The notes under the pieces: model-generated
The model's input: only the letters and a program-made list of their open reading frames with translations
Told to the model about the DNA's origin: nothing
The model's database searches: none
Part shown: positions 43,100-51,935 of the stretch, in pieces
How positions within the stretch are numbered: position 1 is the first letter of the stretch
Layout: each line of letters opens with the position of its first letter
Program-made: the position numbers and the translations under genes
NCBI GenBank assembly: GCA_963756195.1
Contig: CAVWMT010000006.1
Coordinates: 82,206-146,205, forward strand
Length of the DNA stretch: 64,000 nucleotides
Direction of reading: 5' to 3'
Source: an uncultured Acidimicrobiaceae bacterium
Lineage (GTDB): Bacteria; Actinomycetota; Acidimicrobiia; Acidimicrobiales; RAAP-2

Positions 43100-44470
43100 T
43101 CACGCTCGTTCTGGTCGGCATACGCCGACGCGAACCGGACCAGCGACTTGTCGAAGGCATCGCCCCTGCCGAGGTAGGCACCGATGGCCTTCGCATCACC
43201 GGACCGGGCATGGGCGCGGGCAAGCGTCCAACCACAGAGTTGGGCGTACATTTCGGAAGCCCACAGGCAGCATCGTCGCCACGTCCGGCGAGAGCTTCCA
43301 GTCCCACAGCTGACGCACGTAGAAGTCACGCGGGACACCGTCGTCGAAGCCCTCGACCGTAGCCCAGCCGAGCAGGATGTCACTGGCTGCCTGCATCAGC
43401 CACTGCCCGACCACGACCCGCTGGCCGTGATTGGCGTATGGGCTCTTGCCCAGGTGGGACTCGAGGACCGAGCTCTCGGCTTCCTTGACCTGGATGAACA
43501 GCGGGTCATCGTCGTCCTGTCCGAGGAGCAGAGCGACCCAGCACCGCGTGCCGACACTGCCCACCCCGACAACCTTGCGAGCCAGGTCCACGAAGCGGTA
43601 GCGGTCGAACAGTGACCGACGGTCGTCGGCCAGCGTGTGGCGGTACCGCTGCAGCCCCTTGGCGATGAAGTCGTGCATCCGGTCAGCCCCGGCACCCGGG
43701 AACAGCTCGGAGGCGGGCACGAGGAGCGGCGGATCGCTGGCGAATCGGACCTCGCCGTCAACCACCCGAACGAGCTTGTCGAAGGCCTTCAGGTGGTCCT
43801 TGGTCTGGGCCTTTGCCGCCATGCGTTGCATGTTCCGGACAACCTGAGTGCCCGCTTCCTCGCCCCATCGACGCTGGATGCCGGCAGCGTCCAGTCTCGA
43901 ATACCAGACATCAAGCATGCGCATGCCGGCGAACTCACGGATGGACTCGCGGTACGACCGGCCGGCACAGAGGACCGCTTCCCGACGGAGCGGCTCGTCC
44001 ATCCCCCGGTCCCGGCCGGCCACTTCGATGCTGGCGGCCAAGCGAGCAAGGTCCCACTCGAACGGTCCCCGGCTGGTCTCGTCGAAGTCGTTCACGTCGA
44101 AGATGAGATCGCGCTCCGGCGAGGCGAACCCGCCGAAATTCACGAGATGCGCATCCCCGCACAGCTGGACCCCGAGATGGGTGCGGGGGACGGGGGCGAG
44201 GTCCGAGGCCATGACGCCTGCCGCCCCCCGAAAGAAGGCGAAGGGGGAGGCCGCCATCCGACCGTGCCGGATGGGGACCAGATCGGGCAGCCGGCTCCGC
44301 TCCTGTTCTTCGAGGATGTCGAGGGGACTCCGGCGATCGGCGGCCGGTGCCCACGCGCCGAGACGGGACCGAGGCAACGAGGTCCGAGCCGCCTTTCCCG
44401 AGGCCTCACGCTCGGTTGGGGATTCGACCGGCGGAGCCTCGTCGAGCACGGCAGAGTCCTCGGCAACCAT
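43039..44470 (-). CDS. DUF2252-family protein (copy a), one frame shift near 43255-43262
   Basis: Contains VPIRHGRMAASPFAFFRGAAGVMASDLA, CGDAHLVNFGGFASPERDLIFDVNDFDET and VGVGSVGTRCWVALLLG. The C-terminus EMYAQLCGWTLARAHARSGDAKAIGAYLG... is in ORF 43039..43383. The paralog is at 59732..61120. The start (44470 versus 44524) is uncertain. Confidence 0.75.
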
Positions 44471-44614
44471 GGTGCGCCCTCGCTTTCCGGCGCCCGGCCA
44501 GGCCCTACGCCTCCGCCGATCCAATCGGCGCCGGTTGCCCGGTGGTGGATCCTACCGAGGATCGACTTTCACCGAGCCCAGATGAATCCGGCGCCGATCG
44601 TGCCCTCGGGGCTC

Positions 44615-44647
44615 CTCACGCCCCTCCCACGACTCACGCCCCTCCCA
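44615..44647. repeat. Direct repeat ctcacgcccctccca x2 (18-bp period) in a divergent intergenic region
   Basis: Copies lie at 44615-44629 and 44633-44647, between DUF2252a (-) and the PLDc_N/SHOCT gene (+). Confidence 0.85.
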
Positions 44648-44853
44648 GGGAGTTGGCTGGGGGGCTAGGTTGACCACATCGAGCTGACGACGGCGGCGAA
44701 AAAAGGCTGCGGTCTCCCGTGCGCTCACATGGGGGACCTCCGAATCGGCTCGTTCCAACGCGCGGCGCCGCCGATGGCACCCACCTCGGTGCGAACATGA
44801 CACTTGGCGATCCGTCGAGGGCGTAACCGAACTGAAGGAAGGAACCTGAACCG

Positions 44854-45246
44854 ATGGCCGCATCGACATATCCGCTGCTCGACATCTTCTGGACCATGCT
44901 GGAGATCTTCCTCTTCGTCATCTGGATCTGGCTGCTCATCGCCGTCTTCTCCGACATCTTCCGGAGTCACGACCTGGGTGGGGGGGCAAAGGCGCTCTGG
45001 TTCATCTTCGTCCTGGTCATCCCCCTCCTGGGCGTCCTCCTCTACCTCATCGCCCGCGGCGGAAGCATGCATGAGCGGGCCGTGGCACAGGCTCAGCGGC
45101 AACAGCAGGCCTTCGACACCTATGTCCGTCAGACAGCTGGAGGGTCGAGCAATGTCGACGAACTCGCCAAGCTGGCTGACCTCAAGGCCAAGGGCGCCCT
45201 CAGCGACACTGAATTCGAGGCACAGAAAGCGAAGCTGCTGGCGTGA
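44854..45246 (+). CDS. PLDc_N-like 2-TM domain + SHOCT domain mini-protein (copy 1)
   Basis: 130 aa: WIWLLIAVFSDIFRSHDLGGGAKALWFIFVLVIPLLGVLLYLIARGG, then a linker, then LAKLADLKAKGALSDTEFEAQKAKLLA. The RBS is gaaggaagga. Confidence 0.7.
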   Translation: MAASTYPLLDIFWTMLEIFLFVIWIWLLIAVFSDIFRSHDLGGGAKALWFIFVLVIPLLGVLLYLIARGGSMHERAVAQAQRQQQAFDTYVRQTAGGSSNVDELAKLADLKAKGALSDTEFEAQKAKLLA

Positions 45247-45291
45247 CGCACTTCCTTCCGAATCGATGAACGGCAGGGCGGAATCGGCCTG

Positions 45292-46707
45292 ATGGGTCCG
45301 GACGCCTCCGAAGACGGGGCGTCGGCGTCCGCGTCCGACGGCAACGGATCGGTCACTGCCGAGGAGCTACAGCGGTTGCGAACCGAGCGCGACGCACTCC
45401 GGCACCAGCTCGAGGTCGTCAAGGCGCCTCGCAAGAGACGGCTTCGGCGTGGACTCGTCGGGGTCCTGGTCGTCGTGAGCTGCCTGCTCGTCGTGCTGTC
45501 GGTGACCGTGGTGTGGGCCCACCGCACCGTGCTCAACACCCCCGTCTTCGTGGCCACCGTGGGCCCCGTCCTCCACCAACCGGGGGTGGACCAGGCGATG
45601 GCGACCCGGTCGACGGCGGAGCTCTACGCCGCCCTCGACATCAAGCACCGCATCGAGCGCGAGCTTCCGTCCAAAGTCGGCTTCGCCGCCGGGCCCATTG
45701 CCCAGCTCAGCCAGCAGGCGGTGACCGCTCAGCTGACCAAGGTCCTTGCGTCGGAGCGATTCCAGACGCTCTGGACGCAGGTGCTCACCACCACGCATGG
45801 GCAGCTGGTCGCCGTCCTGCGTGGCCAGAACACCAAGGCGCTCAGCACCTCGAACGGCTACATCGTCCTCAACACCGTCCCGCTCATCAACAAGGCGCTT
45901 GGGGAGATCTCCGGCCTGGCCTCGAGCCTGACCGGCCATCACGTGACGCTGCCCACCATCACCAGCGCCGAACTCCCCCAGCAGGCCATCGACAAACTCT
46001 CTCACGCTCTCGGCGTACACCTTCCGAGCAACTTCGGTCAGCTCACCCTCGTCAAGTCCGACCAGCTGTCGGTGGCTCAGCGCGGGGTGCGTGGCTTTGA
46101 CCGGCTAACCATCCTGCTCCCGATCCTGACTTTACTGTGCATCGTCGTCGCCCTCTGGTTGTCGGTCGCCCGACGCCGAACCGTCCTCCAGCTCGTGGTC
46201 GGGGTCATCCTGCTCACCGTCGTCGTTCGCCGACTCGTGATCTACGAGCAAGGGGCGCTGGCCCACTCCGCCCACGACCCGAAGGTCGCGCACACCGTGC
46301 TGGGTGAGCTCCTCCAGGGCCTCTACGCCGGGACCGCCTGGGTGATCTGGGCAGCGCTGGCCGTCCTGGTGGTGGCTCTCGTCACCGGCCCCTACCGCTG
46401 GGCGGTGGCCGGCCGCTCCTTCGTCCGGCGGGGCTGGGACGCGGTGATCTGGCACCTCCACGGAGAGGGAGGACGCCAGAGCGTCGCCTGGATCGCCGGC
46501 CATGCCGCCCTCCTGCAGCTGGTCGTTGCCGTGGCGGCGGTCATCCTGTTCTTGGTGGTGAGCATTTCAGTGCTCAGCTTCCTCATCGTCGGTTTGCTGT
46601 TCGTCCTGGCCGAGCTCTACCTCGCCAACGCCAAGAAGCCGTCGGACGTGGTGCAACCCGGCGGCCCGCCCAGCCCACCGGAATCGGAGCTCCGCCGGTC
46701 GACCTGA
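45292..46707 (+). CDS. Hypothetical polytopic membrane protein (471 aa)
   Basis: Intact ORF 45 nt downstream of copy 1. It has a coiled N-terminus (EELQRLRTERDALRHQLEVV), one TM, a soluble region of about 200 aa, then about 5 TM. I recognised no family. Confidence 0.6.
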   Translation: MGPDASEDGASASASDGNGSVTAEELQRLRTERDALRHQLEVVKAPRKRRLRRGLVGVLVVVSCLLVVLSVTVVWAHRTVLNTPVFVATVGPVLHQPGVDQAMATRSTAELYAALDIKHRIERELPSKVGFAAGPIAQLSQQAVTAQLTKVLASERFQTLWTQVLTTTHGQLVAVLRGQNTKALSTSNGYIVLNTVPLINKALGEISGLASSLTGHHVTLPTITSAELPQQAIDKLSHALGVHLPSNFGQLTLVKSDQLSVAQRGVRGFDRLTILLPILTLLCIVVALWLSVARRRTVLQLVVGVILLTVVVRRLVIYEQGALAHSAHDPKVAHTVLGELLQGLYAGTAWVIWAALAVLVVALVTGPYRWAVAGRSFVRRGWDAVIWHLHGEGGRQSVAWIAGHAALLQLVVAVAAVILFLVVSISVLSFLIVGLLFVLAELYLANAKKPSDVVQPGGPPSPPESELRRST

Positions 46708-46761
46708 CCCGCCGGCTGTGTCCGCTGTGGGTCTTCTCCCTGGCGGCCACCTTTCATGACG

Positions 46762-46790
46762 ACGGCCGTCCCCGCAACGGGGACGTCCGT
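46762..46790. terminator. Stem-loop between convergent genes (bidirectional terminator candidate)
   Basis: Stem acggccgtccccg / cggggacgtccgt (13 bp, 1 mismatch) with loop caa. Confidence 0.45.
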
Positions 46791-46841
46791 CCCACTCATC
46801 TGATCCGGTCCACCGGGGCAGAACCACCGAATCTGGCTCCG

Positions 46842-47237
46842 TTACGCGCTCAGCAGCTTCGCCTTCTGCGCCTCGAATTCGGCGTCGCTCAAGACGCCCT
46901 GGGCCTTGAGATCGGCCAGCTTGGCCAGGTCGTCGACGTGACTCGACGCCCCAGCCGTCTGGCGGACGTAGGCGTCGAAGGCATGCTGTTGCCGCTGAGC
47001 CTGTGCCACGGTCCGTTCATGCATGCTTCCGCCGCGGGCGATGAGGTAGATGAGCACACCGAGGTACGGCAGGATGATGACGAAGATGACCCACATGGCC
47101 TTGGCGAAGCCACCCATGTCATGACTGCGAAAGATGTCGCTAAAGATGACTATCAGCAGCCAAATCCACAGGAAGAAGACAAAGAACTCGAGCATCGTCA
47201 AGAAGATGCTCAACAGCGGATACGTGTAGGCAACCAT
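46842..47237 (-). CDS. PLDc_N-like 2-TM domain + SHOCT domain mini-protein (copy 2, inverted paralog)
   Basis: 131 aa, collinear with copy 1 along its whole length (WIWLLIVIFSDIFRSHDMGGFAKAMWVIFVIILPYLGVLIYLIARGG ... LAKLADLKAQGVLSDAEFEAQKAKLLSA). RBS aaggag, TAA stop, AT-richer codons. Confidence 0.7.
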   Translation of the reverse strand: MVAYTYPLLSIFLTMLEFFVFFLWIWLLIVIFSDIFRSHDMGGFAKAMWVIFVIILPYLGVLIYLIARGGSMHERTVAQAQRQQHAFDAYVRQTAGASSHVDDLAKLADLKAQGVLSDAEFEAQKAKLLSA

Positions 47238-47378
47238 CTTGGGTCACGCTCCTTGCTCGGGGACCTGCGAGCAGGATAGAACCGATGGCGTTGTGGCCGC
47301 GGGACTTCTGGTCGCGTAGAGATGCGAAGGCCGCCGAATCGCGTTCAGCGGCCGCGGACGTCGTATTGTTCCGGCGAG

Positions 47379-48027
47379 GTGACCGTCGCCGACCTCGTCC
47401 TCATCGGACTTGCCGTGACACTGGAGCCGGTGCCCATCGCCGCTTTCATCCTGGTACTGGCCAGCCGGAGGGGAACTGCCAAAGGGATGGCCTTCATCCT
47501 CGGATGGATGGCTTGCCTGGTCCTCGTCATCGCCACCACCCTGGAGGTGACCGGTGGTCGGCCACCCCGGCCGTCCACCACACCCTCCATCGGGATCGCC
47601 GCGGCCAAGGCCGGCATCGGCGCCCTGCTCGTTGGATTCGCCCTCTACCGGCACCGCCATACGCGGCACACCACGGGACCGCTGCGGTGGGCGGCCGAGC
47701 TCGACGACATCTCGCTGTTCACCGCGGCCGCCTTCGGCGCCTTCCTTCAGCCGTGGGTGCTGGTCGGAGCCGGCGCCGATGGTCGCCGACATGCACGTCC
47801 CCTCCGCCGTCTCCATCCTCGTCCTCGCCGGTTTCTGCCTCCTGGCCACGGCCACGCCGATCGCCATGGAGCTCTACGCCGCCCTGGCGCCGGACGTCGC
47901 CACGCGCCGACTCGAGCGGTTGCGCCACACCCTCGATTCACACCGGGACGGTGCCACCGTGCTCATCGCCGCCGTGATCGGGCTCTGGTTGCTCGGCAAC
48001 GGCGTGGCATCCGTGGCCACGGCATGA
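47379..48027 (+). CDS. GAP-family (Sap/DUF2910-like) membrane protein, one frame shift near 47775
   Basis: The N-terminus DLVLIGLAVTLEPVPIAAFILVLASRRG...FILGWMACLVLVIA is in ORF 47322..48080. The C-terminal TM segments (VSILVLAGFCLLATATPIAMELY...VLIAAVIGLWLLGNG) are in ORF 47554..48027. The family assignment is from memory of the N-terminal pattern only. Confidence 0.5.
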
Positions 48028-48076
48028 ACGGCGCCCGACTCGGTCGTGCAGCGGTCGAATCGAGCGGGAGGCCGAC

Positions 48077-49249
48077 ATGATCGTGGCCCAGGTGGCCGCC
48101 GTCGCCGTCGGCACCTTGGTCACTCTGGGCGTCCTCGTCTCGGCGCTCGAGACAGTCGTCCTCCCCCGCAAGGGCTTCACCCGCATTGCCCGCTGCGTGT
48201 TCGCCCTGGCCGATCGCGTGCTCATCCACCACTGGCGAAGCCCGAACCGAGAAGCCCACCTGCGGACCCTCTACGCGCCGATCGCCCTCGTAAGCATGCC
48301 TCTCGTCTGGATGTTGTCGGTGGCTATCGGCTTCTCCTTCATCTTCTGGGGCATCGGCTCGGGATCGGTGGCCCATTCCTTCGAGCTGAGCGGGTCGTCG
48401 CTGACCACCCTTGGGTTCTCGTCGCCAGTGGGGTCAGCCCGCATCTGGCTGACGTTCGTCGAAGCCATCATCGGGCTCGGACTGGTGGCCCTGCTCATCG
48501 GCTACCTGCCCACCATCTATTCGGCCCACGCCGGGCGCGACAAGGGGATCAACCTGCTCCGCCCCTTCGCCGGGACGCCACCTTCGCCGGTCACCCTCGT
48601 CCGGAACCTCCACCGGGTGGGCAACCTCGACAACCCCGAGCTCTGGCGGGCCGCCGCCGACGGGGTGCTCAACGTCGAACAGAGCCACCGAGCCTTCCCG
48701 GCCCTCTGCTACTTCCCCGACCCGCCCGACGAGAGCTGGGTGGCCTCGCTCGGCAGCCTGCTCGACGGAGCCGCCTTGCTGGTGTCGGCGGGCCGGTACC
48801 TGGTGGACCCGGACGCGACCAGCGAGAGCAAAGGCCCGATTTTGACGCTCGCCTACGGCATACCAGCCCTCGGTCGCATCGCCGTGGCCATCGACCTCCC
48901 GGTGGAACCGACCATGCTGCCGGCCGATCTGCTCCGACGTTCCGGGCCACCTCCCGACATCTCGGTGCGGCGGGATGAGTACGTTGCTGCCCTCGCTGAT
49001 CTCGGCGACGTAGTGGCGGTGCCCGATGACGCCGTCGACCTGGCCTGGTCGCGGTTCGCCTGGCTGCGCTCGGGCTACGACCGGGCCCTGCGCGGCCTGG
49101 CCGGCCTGACCCTGGCCACACCGGCCCCGTGGACGACGGACCGACCGGCCCTGGTCGGCCGTCCACGCATCCTGAGTGGTCGGTTTCTGACGGTGGACTG
49201 GTCCCGGAACGAGGCGTCACCAGTCTCCGGACACACCAATACCGTCTGA
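48077..49249 (+). CDS. Ion-channel-like protein: K-channel-type pore (TM - pore helix - TTLGFS - TM) + about 240-aa cytoplasmic domain
   Basis: Intact 390 aa: IALVSMPLVWMLSVAIGFSFIFWGI - SVAHSFELSGSSLTTLGFSS - ARIWLTFVEAIIGLGLVALLIGYLPTIY. Confidence 0.55.
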   Translation: MIVAQVAAVAVGTLVTLGVLVSALETVVLPRKGFTRIARCVFALADRVLIHHWRSPNREAHLRTLYAPIALVSMPLVWMLSVAIGFSFIFWGIGSGSVAHSFELSGSSLTTLGFSSPVGSARIWLTFVEAIIGLGLVALLIGYLPTIYSAHAGRDKGINLLRPFAGTPPSPVTLVRNLHRVGNLDNPELWRAAADGVLNVEQSHRAFPALCYFPDPPDESWVASLGSLLDGAALLVSAGRYLVDPDATSESKGPILTLAYGIPALGRIAVAIDLPVEPTMLPADLLRRSGPPPDISVRRDEYVAALADLGDVVAVPDDAVDLAWSRFAWLRSGYDRALRGLAGLTLATPAPWTTDRPALVGRPRILSGRFLTVDWSRNEASPVSGHTNTV

Positions 49250-49266
49250 CCCACCGGCGCGGTGGG
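49250..49266. terminator. Short GC stem-loop between convergent genes
   Basis: Sequence cccaccg-gcg-cggtggg: 7-bp perfect stem with a 3-nt loop. Confidence 0.3.
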
Positions 49267-49296
49267 CGACCCAGCGAGAAGGCGTCTGACCGCTGC

Positions 49297-50577
49297 TCAG
49301 GGGCGTGGCAGGCGAATCACACTGGGCGAACGGGTGCCGGCGCAAGGGCCGGCAGCAAGATGACGCTCGATGTCGGTGGCGAAGGCCGACAGCGCGGACC
49401 GGATCATCCGGACGACTCCGTCGGGGTGCCGGCACGCGCCACGGCCGTCGACCGACGCCAGGCGAGCCTCGAGGCGATCGAAGTCCCGACCGTTCGGCCT
49501 TCCAGCGGCCAGCACAGTCATGTCATGGGCGACGGCAGGGAGGCCGAACACGCAGGGGCCGCACTGGCCCGCGCTCTCGCTGGCCATCCACGTCGCGATC
49601 CGGGCGGTCTCCATCAGGCCGCAGGCACCTGACGGGAGCACCACCACGACACCGGCTCCCGTTGTCGCCCCATGGGCCCGGAGGCTGCCGGGGTCGAACG
49701 GCGTGTCAAAGCGATCCGGGGCCAGCCAGCTCCCGCCGTAGCCGCCGAGGAGGACGGCGGCGGGACGATCGGCCGCTCCGGCCATGGCCAGCAGGGACGA
49801 GACCGGCGTTCCGAGCGGGACCTCATGGACGCCACCCCGGGCTACCGCTCCCGACACCGTGACGAGAGTCGTCCCCGGCGCGTCCGTGGTCCCCAGGCCG
49901 CGGAAGTTGTCAGCCCCGCGGCGGGCGACGAGAGAGACGTGGGCCAGCGTCTCCGCGTTCTCGACCAGGCACGGCCGTCCCCCGACTGGAAGCACGGCTG
50001 GGCGCTCCGGGCGGAACCTGGGCAGTGCCGCACCCCCGTCCAGCCAGTGGGCGAGCGCCGATTCCTCGCCGGCGATGAACCGGTGGGGAGGTCGGACGAC
50101 CTCGACGTGAACCACATCGATGTCCGATCCCGAACGCTCGCGGAGTGCCTCCGCGATCGATGCGGCGGCCCGGTCAAGTCCGATGGGGACGCAGACGTAG
50201 ACGGCCCGGGCGTCGACGCACCTGGCCACCGCTGCCGCGCCGTCCAGGACGAGGTGGGGAACCAGTGTGGCCAGCACCTCGTCTTTGCAGCTGGCCGGCT
50301 CGCCCTCCATGGCGTTCACGGCCACGACCGGTCGCCGGCGCTGGGCCCGGATCCACCGCAGCTTGCCGGCGGTCGGGAAGGCGGCGCCGCCGCGCCCCGT
50401 CAGTCCCGACGCGCTGACGAGGTCGATGAACTCCTTGGACCACCGAGTGTCGCTGCGGGCAGGCAGCATTAATCGACCGTGGAGGGCCAGGTGCTGCACC
50501 AGGCCGATCCGGTGATGCGGGCCGCCGACGCCAGCGAGCAGCCGCGTTGTGACCGGCTGGTCGGCGGTTGTCGTCAC
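49297..50577 (-). CDS. NuoF-like protein (NADH/FMN-binding + SLBB + 4Fe-4S region) not linked to the nuo operon
   Basis: GTG 50577 overlaps the stop of the upstream gene (GTGA). Contains GLTGRGGAAFPTAGK (the NuoF GRGGAGFPTG-type motif) and ESAGQCGPCVFG...GACRHPDG (4Fe-4S). The 638-aa track ORF over-extends upstream. Confidence 0.8.
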   Translation of the reverse strand: MTTTADQPVTTRLLAGVGGPHHRIGLVQHLALHGRLMLPARSDTRWSKEFIDLVSASGLTGRGGAAFPTAGKLRWIRAQRRRPVVAVNAMEGEPASCKDEVLATLVPHLVLDGAAAVARCVDARAVYVCVPIGLDRAAASIAEALRERSGSDIDVVHVEVVRPPHRFIAGEESALAHWLDGGAALPRFRPERPAVLPVGGRPCLVENAETLAHVSLVARRGADNFRGLGTTDAPGTTLVTVSGAVARGGVHEVPLGTPVSSLLAMAGAADRPAAVLLGGYGGSWLAPDRFDTPFDPGSLRAHGATTGAGVVVVLPSGACGLMETARIATWMASESAGQCGPCVFGLPAVAHDMTVLAAGRPNGRDFDRLEARLASVDGRGACRHPDGVVRMIRSALSAFATDIERHLAAGPCAGTRSPSVIRLPRP

Positions 50578-51239
50578 CGCTGACCTCGCGCCCTCGATGA
50601 TGGCTCGAGCCGTCGGCCGGGCTCCCGTGCGTATCGCGGCGCACTCCGGCCCGCGGCTCGTTCCCGTATGGTCCGCCGGGGCGCTGCCGTCCGGTAGATG
50701 CCCTGGTACGGATCGGCCCATAGCCGCCAGGCCACGGCAAGCAGAACCGAAGCGATGCAGCTTCCCACCAGCACCTGCATCCAGGCCTGGCGGAGGTCGG
50801 TCCCGGCGCCGATCCCGTGGGCCACGGCGACCGGCCAGCAGAGGTACACCAACCAGTGCGCGCCACGGAAGACGCGGGCTCCCAGTTGCCTGCGCAACAG
50901 GCTGGTGACCATCACCGCCACCAGAAGGTCGAAGGCCACGGCGCCGAGGCCGATCCAGAGTGGCTGGTACGAGGACACGAAGGGAACCACCAGGGCCACC
51001 CAGCCGATCGGCACGTAGGTATCGGCCGCCGCGGTGAGAATGTGCAGGCCGAGGAAGGCCAGGGTGATGAGCGCGATCCGGCGATGGAGCTCGGTGACGG
51101 CGAAGCGGGGCATGCCCGGGCCCGAGGCCCGGGTCGTGGTGAGGATTCCGAGCAGCACGGACCCGGTGAGGAGGACCAGAGCCACGGTCCCGGTGGCCCT
51201 GGTCGTGAACCACAACACAGGGGTGGTGCTCGCCAGCAT
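50574..51239 (-). CDS. Ferric-reductase-like transmembrane (di-heme b, MsrQ/FRD-type) protein
   Basis: 221 aa with 6 TM and paired His residues in TM helices (ELHRRIALITLAFLGLH; GAHWLVYLCWPVAVAH). Confidence 0.7.
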   Translation of the reverse strand: MLASTTPVLWFTTRATGTVALVLLTGSVLLGILTTTRASGPGMPRFAVTELHRRIALITLAFLGLHILTAAADTYVPIGWVALVVPFVSSYQPLWIGLGAVAFDLLVAVMVTSLLRRQLGARVFRGAHWLVYLCWPVAVAHGIGAGTDLRQAWMQVLVGSCIASVLLAVAWRLWADPYQGIYRTAAPRRTIRERAAGRSAPRYAREPGRRLEPSSRARGQR

Positions 51240-51350
51240 CGGACCGCTACCCGGTGATCGTCCGGCCGGGGACCGGAATCGACCCGGGGACAGTGGTCAA
51301 TGCTGACACCGCGGCTCGAGTACAGATGCGGCGGCGGCGGAGCGCCGCGT

Positions 51351-51737
51351 TCATGTCTGGCCGGTGACGGCCTGGGCCGGCCCCGACGATGCCGACGGTA
51401 CCGAACCGCCGGAGGACTGCGATGACGAACCGGTGCTCCCTGACCCGCCGGCGCCCGATCCTCCGGAGGCGGAGGCCGCCGAGGACCCACCAGCCTGCGA
51501 ACCGGACGTGGCACCTACACCCGTTGACGTCGACTGGCTCTGCCCCGAGCTCGACGTGCTCTTCGCATGCAGAGTGGTCTCGTGCGCGGCCAGACCGACG
51601 AGGCCTCCGGTGACGACCGTCGCCGAGGCGATCACCCAGGTCGTTGCCCGACGCACGTTGCGCAGTGCTCGGTCGCGCCCGATGACCAACCGTTGGGTGA
51701 GGGCTTGCACGCGCTGCGGTTCTCGGGCCATGACCAT
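51351..51737 (-). CDS. Small membrane-anchored Ser/Gly-rich protein
   Basis: 128 aa with one TM (TWVIASATVVTGGLVGLAA), then an S/G/T-rich low-complexity tail. It lies immediately upstream of the ferric-reductase-like gene on the same strand. Confidence 0.45.
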   Translation of the reverse strand: MVMAREPQRVQALTQRLVIGRDRALRNVRRATTWVIASATVVTGGLVGLAAHETTLHAKSTSSSGQSQSTSTGVGATSGSQAGGSSAASASGGSGAGGSGSTGSSSQSSGGSVPSASSGPAQAVTGQT

Positions 51738-51922
51738 ATGGTGACCGCCCCGGCTAAGACCCGGGTAAGAACGCGCCTCGTGAAAGCTGAGAACTGAGGC
51801 CCTCGGCTGTGGCGACGAAGATCAGCGAGTCAGAGAATCCCGCCGGTACCAGGAGGTTCGTTCGGGGGACCCCAGCTGAAGGGAACCTGAGGGCGCCACG
51901 TTGAACGAAGAGGAGGTCGGGT

Positions 51923-51935
51923 GTTCTCTGAGAAC
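51923..51935. promoter_or_regulatory. Palindrome GTTCTC-T-GAGAAC, an operator-like site about 115 nt upstream of ORF 52049
   Basis: Perfect 6-1-6 inverted repeat. It shares the CTGAGAAC core with copies at 51787-51794, 52576-52583, 52595-52602 and 52614-52621. Confidence 0.3.
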
